Shown one piece after another: positions 26,255-62,987 of a stretch of DNA of 64,000 bases (position 1 is the first letter of the stretch; each line of letters begins with the position of its first letter). This DNA is from Yuukianura sp. NJ FZ-2021 (Eukaryota): positions 9,300,001-9,364,000 of the forward strand of contig CM102283.1 in the NCBI GenBank assembly GCA_046563655.1, written 5' to 3'. The notes under the pieces were generated by a model. That model saw only the letters and a list, made by a program, of their open reading frames with translations. It was not told the DNA's origin and searched no databases. The translations under genes were made by a program, and so were the position numbers.

Positions 26255-27955
26255 ATGGTGACAAAGTTATTCAAAAGTTTGTCAAAACGGTGTTTAAGGG
26301 TCAATTTTGGTGTCTATATTTATGTACTTTGTTTTATATTAGAAAATTCTAGTAAGTCTAACACTTTTCATAAATTTTTAAATTTTCCAAAATTCAAATT
26401 TTTCAAAATTTTGAAAATTGTATTTCAGTTTCCAATTCGTTATTCCTGGGCAGAAAGCCTTTTTACCGAGTAGAAAATGATCCGGAGCAGGTTGGTCAAG
26501 CGAGTACGCCATTGGCAAATCCCTTGGAGTGGATGAATCTAAAAAATTATATTAAATATAGACTATGGACTAGGTGAGTTTAACTAATCTAAAATTAAAA
26601 TAATATAATAATAATATAAAAATATATAAGTTGTTTGATTTTGATTAAATTGTGCTTTTCTTGAAGAAAGAATCCCTCATTGGCCCAACTTCTCAAGATT
26701 AATGACATGGGACTCATGGGGAACAGCAAATTTAATGCTAGTCACAACACTAAGATTATTATTCACGGGTAAGTTTAAACTAAAAACTTAAATTAAAATA
26801 TTATTATATTAATATATTTTAATTTGTTAACTTATTTTTTCACTTAATATGGTAGGTACGCTCATTCTGCGAATGAGCTGTACTTGGAGGAGTGGATAGT
26901 GAAGATGCGAGATGCTTATTTGAAGATGAGTGATTTAAATGTGATTGTTGTGGACTACACGTTCCTTGCTCTGCCGCAATTCTACTACCTTCCAGGACCC
27001 AATTTAGTGTCAGACCAATTAGCAGAATTCATTAAGTTTCTAGTTAGACACAGATTGGTCAACATGGACAATCTCCACTTGATAGGATACTCCTGGGGGT
27101 AACATTTTCAAAATTTAAAATCAAAATTTTGAATTTCAGAGTTTCAAATTATGATTTTTTTCAGAGCACATATTGCTGGAAACACGGGTCACAGGTTACA
27201 AGGTCGGATTGGCCGAATCACGGGCCTGGATCCAGCCAATCCGCTTCATCGCTACGTTCCAGACGAGCTGCGATTGGACAAAAGTGACGCTAAATTTGTG
27301 GACATCATCCATACGAACTGTGGGGGGTCCTTCAGCCAAGGCTACTTTGGCCTTGAGTTCCCTTTGGCCCATGCCGACTTCTACCCGAACGGCGGCAAGT
27401 CACAACCAGGTTCAAATTTTCAAAATATCTAAAAATTTCTATCTATTTTGGAACGTTTACGGTATTCTTGATTTTTAATTTGGTGTGAATTTTTACATTT
27501 TAGGCTGTCCAAAGCGGTGGATCATGGTGTATGAAAGTATGTAATACTAATTATAAATTTTTCAAAATTCTTCATTTTTTTCAAAAATTTTCAATTTTTT
27601 TTTCAAAGTTTTGTTACTTGTGTGTAGCTATAGAGTGTGACCATGTTCGATCAGTGATGCTTTTTACTGAGTCGATCCTATCTCCAGACTCGTTTCCATC
27701 TTGCGAGTGCCCTTCGTGGGACGAGTACCTTAAGGGCCCCTGTTCCTGTACAGCCGACAACTCCACTCTCATGGGGGAAGGAGCAAATACAAAGTAAGTT
27801 AAAGTTAAAACTTTAAAATTAAAACTTAATTAATTAATTAGTTAATTAACATTTTAACCAACAGAGCCCGCGGAATGTTTTATTTGTCTACAAGAGGAAA
27901 GTCTCCCTACGGCCTTGGAATAGCAGGGCCCTCAAACGCCACTCAAAAAGGCTAA
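26255..27955 (+). CDS. Pancreatic-lipase-family (neutral lipase/phospholipase A1-like) enzyme, about 8 exons
   Basis: IIIHGY; nucleophile elbow IGYSWG|AHIAG; ITGLDPANP; DAKFVDIIHTN; HADFYPNGG..QPGC; CDHVRS. The catalytic Ser/Asp/His are present. The start codon is less certain. Confidence 0.9.
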
Positions 27956-28266
27956 AAACTGTTCTAATTTTGAACACATTCGTCACCTGGATCTGACTGT
28001 ACAAATTAACTTTTAGTTTAACTTTTAAAACAATTATGGTTACCTTAAATTTTAATTAAAGTTAATTAGAAATGTTAATTAAAACAAGACTTAACAAAAA
28101 ATAAAATTTCTAAGTAAGCTCAACCAACCTGAAAATTTAAAAGTAATTCTTTTTACAAATGTAGAAAATGATATGTTGTAACTCCTTTTTTCTAAAGTTT
28201 TGTGCCTCTAGTAGCAGCCAGGTCAATGACCTTTGACCTTTTCACGTTGACCTTTGACCTTTTCGT

Positions 28267-29684
28267 TTACTTTGGCGATGGAGTGGCTGTTGTTGGAGTA
28301 TCGTGTAGCGGAATGTCATCTCCTTTGATTGGAATTACATGTGGAAAATTCAGTGTTCGATTCCTGCGGGATTGACGATCTCGCCAACACGGCAATCCAA
28401 TGTTATAAAAACACCAAAGCGCAGATCCGAAACCGATGATGGCCAAAACCAGGAAAATTATCGCCACGGCTGACATTCCGCCTTCACCTCCTGAAAATTT
28501 AAAAATTTTCAAAAAATTTGAACTAATTTTGAACGTTCTTTTTAGTTTTCTAAAACTTACTTGAGTATTGCGTTCGCTCCTGCACTTGGTAGTCTCCGTT
28601 CCAGTCTGCGTCTGCGTCGAAATCTTGCGAATCGCGATCTCTGTCTTTGTTTTTAGGATGAGCGTTTTTGTATCCACGATATGCTGCGTACGTCGCAACT
28701 CCGCCTGCCGTAATCAAACCAACTTTCTTCCCCGTAGAAAGTTTCCCGCCACTGGATTTTCCTGAGCCACTCCTTCCTCCTCCTCCTCTGCCTCCTCCAC
28801 CTCCGCCTCCTCTTCCTCCTCCTCCACCTCCACCTCCTTTAGCTTCACTGTCGTTACCGTTGAGGATTACTAAGAAATCAAAAGTAAAGTGAAAAACCTT
28901 GTTAAAACTCTAGTTAAAAACTTGATTGTGCTAAGGACCATGAACTGATTGAAAATTGTTATTTTTGTGAGTTGGCGTCTAACTTTTAAAAGGAAGTGAG
29001 TTGATGACAGATAAAAGTTTGACTGACAGGAACAGAGTTCGGATGTGGTTTTAGCTTTGCTTTAAAACTAAAACTTAAACTGCTAAGCTCATTCAGAGTA
29101 AAGCAGTCACTTTGAGTCTCAAGATTTTGCTTATCTGTGCAAATACACTTCCGTGGAATAGCTGACACTTACAAACTAATCCAGTGTGGCTAAATGGATA
29201 CACTTTCTGGAGATCAAAACACTAAACTGACTCAAAGTCTCAGCTAACTGTATAATTTTACTCTAAAAGAGTCTACTGAAAGTGTTGCCATTAGAACCTG
29301 ACTGAAAATAGAGGAAATGGAGTGGAGGAAGTAACTCTAAAAGTACCGTAAATTCTCTAATAGTACACCGGGTCTCTATTAGTACGCCACCCCTGGAAGT
29401 GGAAAACAAAATTAGGACAGCGGCTGTATTATTTGGGAATTTACGGTATATAATGTTATTAGGGTCAGTTGAAATTGGGCAAGGCTAAAAATAAAAGTGT
29501 AAAAGATTTCCACAGGATATGAGTCCATCCAGAACCTCCAAACTAATGATCTCTACCGTAAAATTGCTTTTCTCACAAATCATGGTCATTTTGTTATAAT
29601 TTATGAGCATTTGTTACATTTTAGTTTACTAATTTTTATAAACTTACCAAAAATGAGAATTAGGCAGACCGTACTCAACTTCAT
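28267..29684 (-). CDS. Small Gly/RGG-rich single-pass membrane protein; exons 29684-29648, 28869-28561, 28491-28267
   Basis: MKLSTVCLILIF|VILNGNDSEA (signal peptide), then a K-(Gly/Arg) run, KKVGLITAGGVATYAAYRGY, an acidic stretch, TM AVAIIFLVLAIIGFGSALWCFY and a short tail. Both introns are GT-AG, phase 1. Confidence 0.75.
29346..29446. mobile_element. MITE with CCGTA termini and TA target-site duplication (Tc1/mariner superfamily, Tc2/pogo-like)
   Basis: ta-CCGTAAATTCTCTAATAGTACA ... TGTATTATTTGGGAATTTACGG-ta: imperfect ~22-bp TIRs, located in intron 1 of the Gly-rich gene. Confidence 0.7.
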
Positions 29685-30704
29685 ACTTCATCGATTAACA
29701 AACTCAGATGCAATGAAGTGTGTTTAATTAATTGAGGTGCACACGTCTAAAAATTAAAAATGAAATTCACTTTTAGCACATTTTGAACTTAGGGACTAAA
29801 CGAGTTTTAGTTTGTGTTGAATGACGTTCAACCCTATCTGTACTACTTTATATCACTTTTAGCCTATTGTATAATCCACTTTAACTGAAAACTCAAAGTT
29901 TAACACTCTAAATGTTTATATTACGGAAACCTATACTTTGCTACTTCTGGTTCACACCATAACCTGTTTCATCTTTTTTGCCTGGACAAAAAGTTTCAGT
30001 ACAACACATTTAAAGGTTATAGGAAAAGATGAGAAAAAAGTTGATCTCTTACGTTTCTGTATAAAATGACCAAACCGGTAGAGTGATGCAATTTTTTCGA
30101 AACTTAAATTTGGTATGCAGAAGATTCTACTGGATGTTTTTGAAAAAAAGTTTTAGTATAGGAACCACAGATCAGAAAAATATTTAGTGTGTATAACAAA
30201 TGGAATGTGCCCTTAAACCTTGTTAAGGGATGAGGGGTTCGGACAAGAATCGGAGGGTGCAAAACCACCCCATGGAAAAATCAATCTCTCGCTTTCACTA
30301 TTCTCATCATTTCATCATCTCATCTTCTTTCTTTTCAAAATTTTTCAAAAAAAAAAATCGTTTCGAACTTTACTCTAGCCTTGACTTTACACAAAAATAA
30401 TAATTTCCTGATTTGCGGAAGGTTCTGATGTTGTGTATGTCATTTGTCAACGTTTGCTTGTCAAAAGATGGAATCAAAGATCATCCGGTTGGAATCATGC
30501 AATTAATCAACTAATTAGTTTAAAAAATTAACAAAAGTAATTAGTATTTAAAAGTTAGGAGACAAAAGGACATTGCTAAGGGGTCTGTTTAGCTTCAAAA
30601 CTGGAACAATGTCAATGTCAATCTCCTTTTTAGACTTTTAGTTGCAATGAGGAAGGTGATGGACGTTGACCAAAGTTGTTCCGGTGTTGACCAGCCTCAA
30701 GGAC

Positions 30705-30743
30705 TATAAAAAGTTTAACAAATTTTAGTCTCTGCTATTCAGT
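30705..30743 (+). promoter_or_regulatory. TATA box and Inr-like element of the OBP gene
   Basis: TATAAAA at 30705, TCAGT at 30739, ATG at 30781. Confidence 0.5.
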
Positions 30744-30780
30744 ATTTCATCAACAATTTAATTTTTGAAAAGTAGAAGCG

Positions 30781-31530
30781 ATGGAAATTTTGAAGCAACT
30801 GATTATTGTGGTTGTTGTTGGAATTTGTTTTGGAGCTACTGCGCAGGCGTGTCCTTCCAAATTTAAAAATGGCACTGCAATGTTCGACACTTTGGTGACA
30901 AAATGTGGAGCAATGCTAAAAATGGCTGAGAAAGATGTGAGCAAATTGCATGATTTGCTCAATGATCCAGAAGAAGATGACAAGGTACAGTTTTCAAAAA
31001 ATTCAGATTTTTAAAAAAGGTGGGGAAAAATTAAATTCATTTCATAACTGTTTTTGCAGTGTATGTCAAAATGCATAATGGAAAAACTGGACATGGTAAG
31101 CTTAATTTCAAAAAGTTGTGTGAAATTTTCGAATTTGTGTAGAAATTTTAACATTTTTTTCAATTTGACTTTTTTAGGTGAAAGAGGACAAATTTGACAT
31201 GGACGCTTTCTTGGCCATTTTGGATGACCAGGCTCCGAAGGCCCTCGTAACTAAAATCTCTGAACTCGCAGCGAAATGTGGAGATTATTCAGGTTGAAAT
31301 TTTGGTTGTTCAAATTTCGAAAGCTGAAAATGACTAAAATTTTAAAAAATTCAGGAATTGAGAAATTGAACACTGGTGGGAAAATGCAACCTGCGGAAGT
31401 ATGTAGCACACTACACAGCTACTACGCCTGTTTCATTTCAAATGCAGAAAAAGTAAGTTTCAAACAATGTTTTTAAAAAATTTTGCCAAAAAGAGTTGAT
31501 TTTTAAAAATTTGAATTTTAGCTCTGTTAA
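30781..31530 (+). CDS. Odorant-binding protein (PBP/GOBP family), 5 exons
   Basis: Signal peptide; Cys pattern C1..C2-X3-C3 (CMSKC, exon 31060-31095)..C4..C5-X8-C6 (CSTLHSYYAC); last micro-exon LC* at 31522-31530. Confidence 0.8.
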
Positions 31531-31779
31531 ATTGGCTCTAGGCAAAAAAGCACTCAAGCACAACAACATTTCGTATTTTTGTGTGATTTGGTTATAATTT
31601 CAGTCTTAAAATTCGAAAAACAATTAATACAAATGTTAAATTCTAACAATTGGTAAAAATGCACTGCGTTTGGAAACTAATTCTCTAAAAGAAGTTCATT
31701 TAATAAAAACTTGCACGTTTTACCGAAACTTGAACAAACAATTTTTTTTTGTTGGAGTTACGCTTAATTTTTGAGAGTT

Positions 31780-33420
31780 TTAGTTAGCATTGTAGTCAGC
31801 AAGTTGTAAGTACTGGTACAGCACTTTCGGAATTTGATCTTTCAAATTTTCCCAGTCATAAGTTCTGCTTCCAATCATTTTCCAAGTTGCAATTCGACTT
31901 TGTTCCTTCAGCGTCATTGGATTTGTCAGTTTTCCAAAAAGAAACTCGTTTTCTTCTTTTGTAAAATTTCGAAACGGGAACCCCGATTCCAGTTGCCCCT
32001 TAGCCAATCGTCCACCGGCGTCCCCCAACATGAACACTATTGAACGGAAAAGATGACCACCATCTTGCACAGCATCTTTAACAAAAATTCAAAAATATTG
32101 TTGAAATTTTTCAAAAAATGAAGAAACTAAAAAGTTACTGGAAAGTGCAGCGTGGAAAGGCGATACGCCAAATGAATTGAGGGCGTTTGGATCTGCACCA
32201 TGCTTGAGTAAAATTTGAATTGCTTTGGCATCGCGTCTAGAAGTTGCAAAATGAAGCAGTCCTTTCTCGTACAATTTTGAATTGAAGAAGTCATAGCCAT
32301 ACTTGAGCAGCATTTCCAAAGTTTTGTACTTTCTAAAAAAGATTTGAATAAGATAAAATATGACATTTTTTGAAAAAGCTTCAAGTTTTGTGCACTTACT
32401 TAACATCATCGTGAGAAATGGTTTGATAAATGAATTGTGAATAGGCATGCAGTTTCCGAAGAGCTCCATTTTGTAGCAGAAGCTCAATCACTTCCAAAGT
32501 GTAGTTGGTTGAGGTCATGTGATCAAGCACGGAATCCCCACACTTATCAACTGCATTTGCTTTGGCGCCATTCTAAATTCAAATATTACAAAATTAATAT
32601 ATTATAATATGCATATTATAAATTATATTACATTCAGGAGGAGCTTCATCAGATCCAAACGGTCAGTTTGATAATGACGCACGTACATTAGCGGAGTTCG
32701 GCCGTCACTGTCTCTGCGTGAGACGTCTGCGCCAAGTTCAATCAGACGTTTCGAAATATCTGGAAACAAAAAAAAAAATGATCACAATTTTCAAAAAAAA
32801 AAGAATCCTTAAAATTTTGAACTTTCTCATTCTCACCATCAGATTCGCGTTTCACTGACAAATGTAGCGGGGCAAGCCCATTGTTATCTTGGAGATTTGG
32901 ATCTGCACGGTGAGCCAGGAGAAGTTCACTGATTTTTTCGTATTTGTAATCAAGTGATACGAGCAGTGCTGTTCGTCCATTAGAGTCACGCAAGTCCACT
33001 GCTGCTCCGCTCTTCAGTAGCAATTCCACTGCAAAACACAAACCGTTATTACGGTTTTTAACAACACTTACTTAAAATGCGGGAAATTGAAAACTGACCA
33101 AGTGCGACGGAATTGCGCTCAACAGCAATATGAATTGCCGGTTTGAGGTTGCCGCCAATTTTGAAAGTCGTGTCTGGATCTACTCCCTCCGAAAGCAAGC
33201 GCCCACAATCCTCTGGAGAATCTTTTCCTAGAAACGAAAACATCAGAACATCTTCTGGAGCATCTACCATTCCAAGACGCAAACGCATCTTTGCCCTTTC
33301 CTCCCAAAAATTCTTCAACTGAAACCAAAAAATCAAATTCAATTAATTTGTCCTCATGAATTCAAGATTTTTAAATTTCAACTTTTAAAAAATGGATCTT
33401 ACCATCTCATTCTCATCCAT
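31780..33420 (-). CDS. Ankyrin repeat and SOCS box protein (ASB-like), about 6 exons
   Basis: Ankyrin repeats (GRTALL..LLAHRADPNLQDNNGLAPLH; LLKHGADPNALNSFGVSPFH) and a C-terminal SOCS-box-like PMTLKEQSRIATWKMIG..IPKVLYQYL. First exon MDENEM|gtaag has an upstream in-frame stop. Confidence 0.8.
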
Positions 33421-33970
33421 CGCAGTTCAGAGTGGTCCGGTTGGCTCCAAATTCAAAATGTTCAAATTTGAGTGTCAAATGAACGTTGAGTTGAGATTAT
33501 CTAAATCACTTGTGGCTAATTGATTGTTAGACGACTGGCTAATTGAAGATTGTGAAGATGAAGATCTGGAATGAAGTAGGACGTGTTCCTGTGCCCTTCT
33601 AAGGACAACAACCTCAGTTTAGGAGAAACCAACTCAAATGGAGACGTTGAAGGGTACGGTCAGGGCCAAGGTCACTCGGAGATTCCTCTTTTGAAATCCA
33701 AGTATTTTCACACACTCTGATCTCTAACAACAATGGACAACTTTGGAGATGAAGTTAGTTGGGAGGAGGCTGTCTGACCTTGAAGTAAACAAACACTATA
33801 GTAGTAGTTCTGGCTCCATACCAACGCATCTCACCAATTAAAGGCGATATCCAAAAAAAAATCGTTTTTTTTTTGTAATCCAAAAAAAAGTACAAGGAAG
33901 CATGAAGCAAAAAAAATTTCTTCGTAAAAGTTAACATATATTTAACCACAACTAAAAAATATTTTTTAAA

Positions 33971-35059
33971 TTAAGATTTCCCTGCTCTCGCCTTGATACG
34001 ATTGCTTTTTCCTGGTCGTTTGGCCGTACCCTTGGCAGCCCTTCCGCGACCACTCCGAATTGGTACGCTGTTGCCCGGTCTGCCACCTCCACGTCCAGTA
34101 TTAGCTCCTCCTCCTCTGCCACCGCCACGAAATCCTCTTGAACCGCCGCGGCCACCTCCACCACCGCGGAATCCTCGAGAAGGAACGTTATCCAAGGAGT
34201 CTCTCGTATTTCGCTTGAATCCGGACTTCTTCCCGCCGTAACCATAACGTTCATTCTTCAACTCCCTTTTACGATTGACCCCTCCTCCTCCCCGTCCACC
34301 ACGACTTGACCTCTTCTCCTCCAGAAAGTCCAAAGAGTTCTTCTGACCTTTGCGATACTTCTTCACACTGTCAATCAACTCCTTCTTGGCCTTCTGACGT
34401 TCTTGCATCACATGAACCTGGGTCTGCTTGGCAATCTTCTTCTGATCTCTCATTTTCCTTACTTTTTCGGCCTTCTCTGTTGCTGTTTGCTTTTTCAGAA
34501 GAACCGAGGCAATCTTTTGCATATGTTCATCCGATTTGGCCATTTCAGCAAAGTAGTCTTCTGGACGTTTCGTTGGAACTCCCAACTTATGTAGTTTCGG
34601 TAGACAAGTCATGATGGCTGACTGGGCTTGACGATGGAAGTTCAGTTCCCGTTGGAAATCGTTGTGAATTGGATCTTCTTCGATTGACTTTAGAGTTGGT
34701 GTGGCACTGGGACTCTTTTGCTTCTTTTTCTTTTTCATGGCATTGACATGCTTGATCTCCTTTTCACGTTTTTCACGATGCTCGTCCAGTTGAACTGCAA
34801 TTTCGGGTGCGAGAGGTGCTAGATCACTGATGACATCCAGTCTTTCGACCCAGTTGAAAGATGACGGTAGTTTGATTTGGTCCAGTATGGTCTTGAGGCG
34901 AGGGACATTGTTGTAGGTGATTGGCTTCTTGGTAGTTGATTCAGTGTGCTTTTCTAGAACGACGAGACCTGGTTTGAGGTCACCGCGGGCAAAGGCTTCT
35001 TGCAGCTCAACGTCAGAATCCGGCATAGACTCGTCAGACTGGTATTCGTCTTCCATCAT
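33971..35059 (-). CDS. EBNA1BP2: rRNA-processing protein EBP2 (EBNA1BP2), single coding exon
   Basis: ELQEAFARGDLKPGL, NDFQRELNFHRQA, PTKRPEDYFAEMAKSDEHMQKI, RYGYGGKKSGFKRNT, KRPGKSNR. Confidence 0.95.
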   Translation of the reverse strand: MMEDEYQSDESMPDSDVELQEAFARGDLKPGLVVLEKHTESTTKKPITYNNVPRLKTILDQIKLPSSFNWVERLDVISDLAPLAPEIAVQLDEHREKREKEIKHVNAMKKKKKQKSPSATPTLKSIEEDPIHNDFQRELNFHRQAQSAIMTCLPKLHKLGVPTKRPEDYFAEMAKSDEHMQKIASVLLKKQTATEKAEKVRKMRDQKKIAKQTQVHVMQERQKAKKELIDSVKKYRKGQKNSLDFLEEKRSSRGGRGGGGVNRKRELKNERYGYGGKKSGFKRNTRDSLDNVPSRGFRGGGGGRGGSRGFRGGGRGGGANTGRGGGRPGNSVPIRSGRGRAAKGTAKRPGKSNRIKARAGKS

Positions 35060-38000
35060 TCTGAATCTTCCTTAGAGCAATCTGTTCAGAACATTAGATT
35101 ATCAATTGCCAGGATAAACAACAAAATTACTAATTTATTTATTAGTAGTTTAAAAACTTTCTATAAAAACTTACCGGTTTAAACTTAAATTCTATTTCAA
35201 TTTTCCAATGTCCCTGAGTCCTACTGCACAGGAAGTGAAAATCAAGTTAACGATTACCCACAGATTCAAATGATTAATTAATTGAAAAGTAATTGAGTTC
35301 TTGACGTTCAAGACGAACAATTTCATGAGTACTGTTTTCTAAATCTCAATTTCCACGTGTGATGGTAGTGCAATTGCAACTGCAGTTTCGCAAAAAATGG
35401 CAATGGCAAAACACCACAATTGCAACTTCGTTTTTTGTTTTGTAGTCATGAATTGCCATTCAGGTACTGTTTTGCAACGTTTTGGAACCACCAATTGCCA
35501 TTTCAATTGGCAAAACTACAATTTATTATAGTTTTTGAATTCTGAAACCCGAGTTTTGAATTTCGCGGTAACCTGAGATTTCAAATTGAAAAAACTGGCG
35601 GCAAATGTTCCATGGCGTCCATCATGGCAGTAACTAGACGAGTTATCTTAAGAATATAATCCATTTTAGTAATTCAAACGAGTTAAAATATGATAAAACT
35701 AATATGTTGAAGTTAATTAACCCGATTATTGTTTTATTACAAACGTTTTACTCTCGTTTTCGTTCAAAAGTTAAGCCAGGAGTACTGAATAACCTTTTAA
35801 CTTTGAATCCTGTTCAAATAAAATGTGTTTTTAGTGAAGTTGTTGGTGTGTGACCTTTGACCTTTCGCTTTGGCTGTTGAGCACAACTGATTTGTTAGGA
35901 TTTGTGAGACTACTAATTCCGAAGTCCTTGGAAGTAGGCAGTTGTGACTTTGTTCCTGGAAGTTTTTGAGGAAGTGAAACGGAAGTAAAGTGTGCAATTA
36001 CTAACAGACTTTGGGTGGATTTATGAGTCCATTTGTGAACATTAAGACGGAAGTTGACTCGGTTGGAAATGACCAGAGAACACTTTCACTACTAAACTTT
36101 TAGGTTACTCAACAAAACTAGTCTAACATTACCTTATGACTTTCTGCTCAATCCTACAAGGTTTCACTTTCTCCTGTATCCAAACTCCCAGGAGAAAGCA
36201 AATCGCTCCCTTCAGCTCATTTCTTCCAGGAATTCTCTTTTTTCAATCAATTCGTTTCAAAATTTAGAACTGAATTTTGAAAAGTTTAGTTGAATTTAAT
36301 ACTATTCAAGTCTCATTTTCAAAGACAAAAACCTGATCAAAAAGAGCGTTTTCATTTTTTATTTTAAACTTTTTTTTTAATAAAATGAATAATTTTTGAC
36401 TTACTTTAGTAATAAGTATAAGTAAGTTAAATATTGACTAATAATTATTAATTAGATAACAAGATTTTCTCTTACTCAAAAAATTTCAAAAAAATGACAA
36501 GATCAAAATCCAAATCTTTCGTCTTAGTAATTTCAAATGCAACTATTTTATAGTGTATTACTTTGGTACAGTTTTTGGACAAGGCGAAAGGAGTTAGAAC
36601 AGGAGCATTAAACTAATTATTATAATTAATTATTATAAAAAATCTAACTACTAAAACTTTCTTATTATGTGCATGTTTGAAATAAGGAAGAACAAAGATG
36701 ATGGAAATAGTTTGGCGCTAAAACTTGAAATTTTGACCTGACATAACTAAAAGATGAGTTTTGGTTGTAGTTACTAAAAGGAGGTCATCTATTTTTAGTC
36801 TGTGTGTATACTCTACTCTCCAGAATTAGTTGTGGTGGAGTTCCCATTTTTAGTCTGGAGAAAGCCAGAGTGAAAGTATTTCGCAGTGGGGGGCCTTGGG
36901 GGGCCCTCAGACGCAAAGGGATCGATAAGGCTACCCGCCGACTCTGCTGGGGAAATAGCAAAACCTAAGCATCTTACTCATCTCCATCTTAAAACAAATA
37001 TTTAAACTTACAACTTCAGTTTTAAACACAAAACAAGCAAAAGTTTGTCCACAAAACAAGCAGAAATTCATTCACAGCAAAAGAAACAAGCAAAAAACCG
37101 TTGACAAAAAAAGTAAAATTGAAAATTTTTGACAACAAGACAAAAAGTTGCCAAAATGCTCCGGGAATTAAAAAAAAAACTAAGAAAAGCAAAAGCAAAA
37201 GTTTATCTATGTGAAAAAATGAAAAATGGACGAAAATTGTTAAATTCTCTTGTGGGATTTTTAAAATTGAAATCCAAAAACAGGAGAAATTTTTCTTTTG
37301 CTTTTGAGTCGTAAATTGGTGAAGCCTAAAATTAATTTAAATTGCAAATTGAAGAGTAGAACGGAGGTAAAGAAGGAAAGAATGAGTTTTTGAGGTCACG
37401 AGGGAATGCTTAAAACTGGAAACTGAAACTTGGATTAGGATTGTCTTATGGACTACTTTTAAGTTTCTTCTTTTTTGAAAAAAAGCGAGAAAGTGGCTGT
37501 TTTTAGTGAAAATTACTTTCTACAATTTAGTATAATTAAACCCACGTCCGCATCGCCTGCTCAACACTTTTTCTTTTTAATTAAGATTCTTGAAATAAAT
37601 TAGTCTTGGACTTAAAAGAGAAAAATGTACAAAATAAATTTTGTTGTTGCAACTTTAAGCTTTTAAGGCCATGCGGCGGAAAACACAAATTTAAGTTAGA
37701 TGTTTAAAAAAAATGTTTTTAATCAAAATTAAAAAACATAAAGATGTTCAAGAAACCGAAAAATTTATGTTCAGAATTCTTCTCATTAGAAAAGGATTAG
37801 GAAAAATGCAAACTTTCTTTCTTTCGTATATAAATTGCAACCTTAATGAATAATGATGTACGGCATGAAAAACTAAAAACTCCCCCAAAATTTTGGAAGC
37901 AACTTTCTTGAAATAACTTTTTAAATTTAATTTTGAACAAAAAGAAGCTGGAAGATGATTGGAATTTGGAATTGCCTAAAACCAAAACTTTTTGTTTTGT

Positions 38001-38328
38001 CAAACTAATCTGGAAGTTGAAAAATTTCCATTTTTTATCACAAAAGTTTAATAACGAAGACCGGAAAACTTTTTAGCCGGAGAATGTTGAGTTCAAGTTT
38101 CAAAATTTCAATTGTTTTTTGATTTCTAGTGAAAACTATGGTCAAGAGTGGATCTACTTCTTAAGTGTTGCGTGTCTTTTGGAAGTTTATTCTGGTCACG
38201 TGTGTTTTCTGTTCGTTTTTAGCCGTAGGTGCGGGAAATGTACTTTCCTTGTTTTCTCCAAAAAAAGAAAGGCGGGAAGAATAAAAATTCCGTTGGAGAA
38301 GAAGGAACAACGTGAAGTGAATTTTAGT

Positions 38329-38556
38329 GAAGACGGATCTCCGGTACTCCAACTCGGTACACATTGGAACGCCGATTTGGTTCAACTCGGTACCTCGGTA
38401 TTCGCTAATGAAGACGGAACTTCGGTACTCAACCTCGGTACCTCTGTTTTCGCCAATGAAGACGGAACTCCGGTACTCCAACTCGGTACTTTGGTATTCG
38501 CAAAGTGAAGACGAAATTCCGGTAGTCCAACTCGGTACAGCAACTCGGTACTTCGG
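38329..38556. repeat. ~48-bp minisatellite directly after the K+ channel stop codon
   Basis: Units starting gaagacg at 38329, 38410, 38458 and 38507, with a recurring cggtac core. Confidence 0.85.
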
Positions 38557-38567
38557 AATTTGCTTTG

Positions 38568-62987
<24,420 letters not shown>

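Noticed and set aside
28668-28892. Poly-proline ORF
   Set aside because: Antisense of the Gly-rich exon, which has proper splice sites on the minus strand.
29900-30220. Possible DNA transposon remnant ending in aatgtgccctta
   Set aside because: No matching second terminus found.
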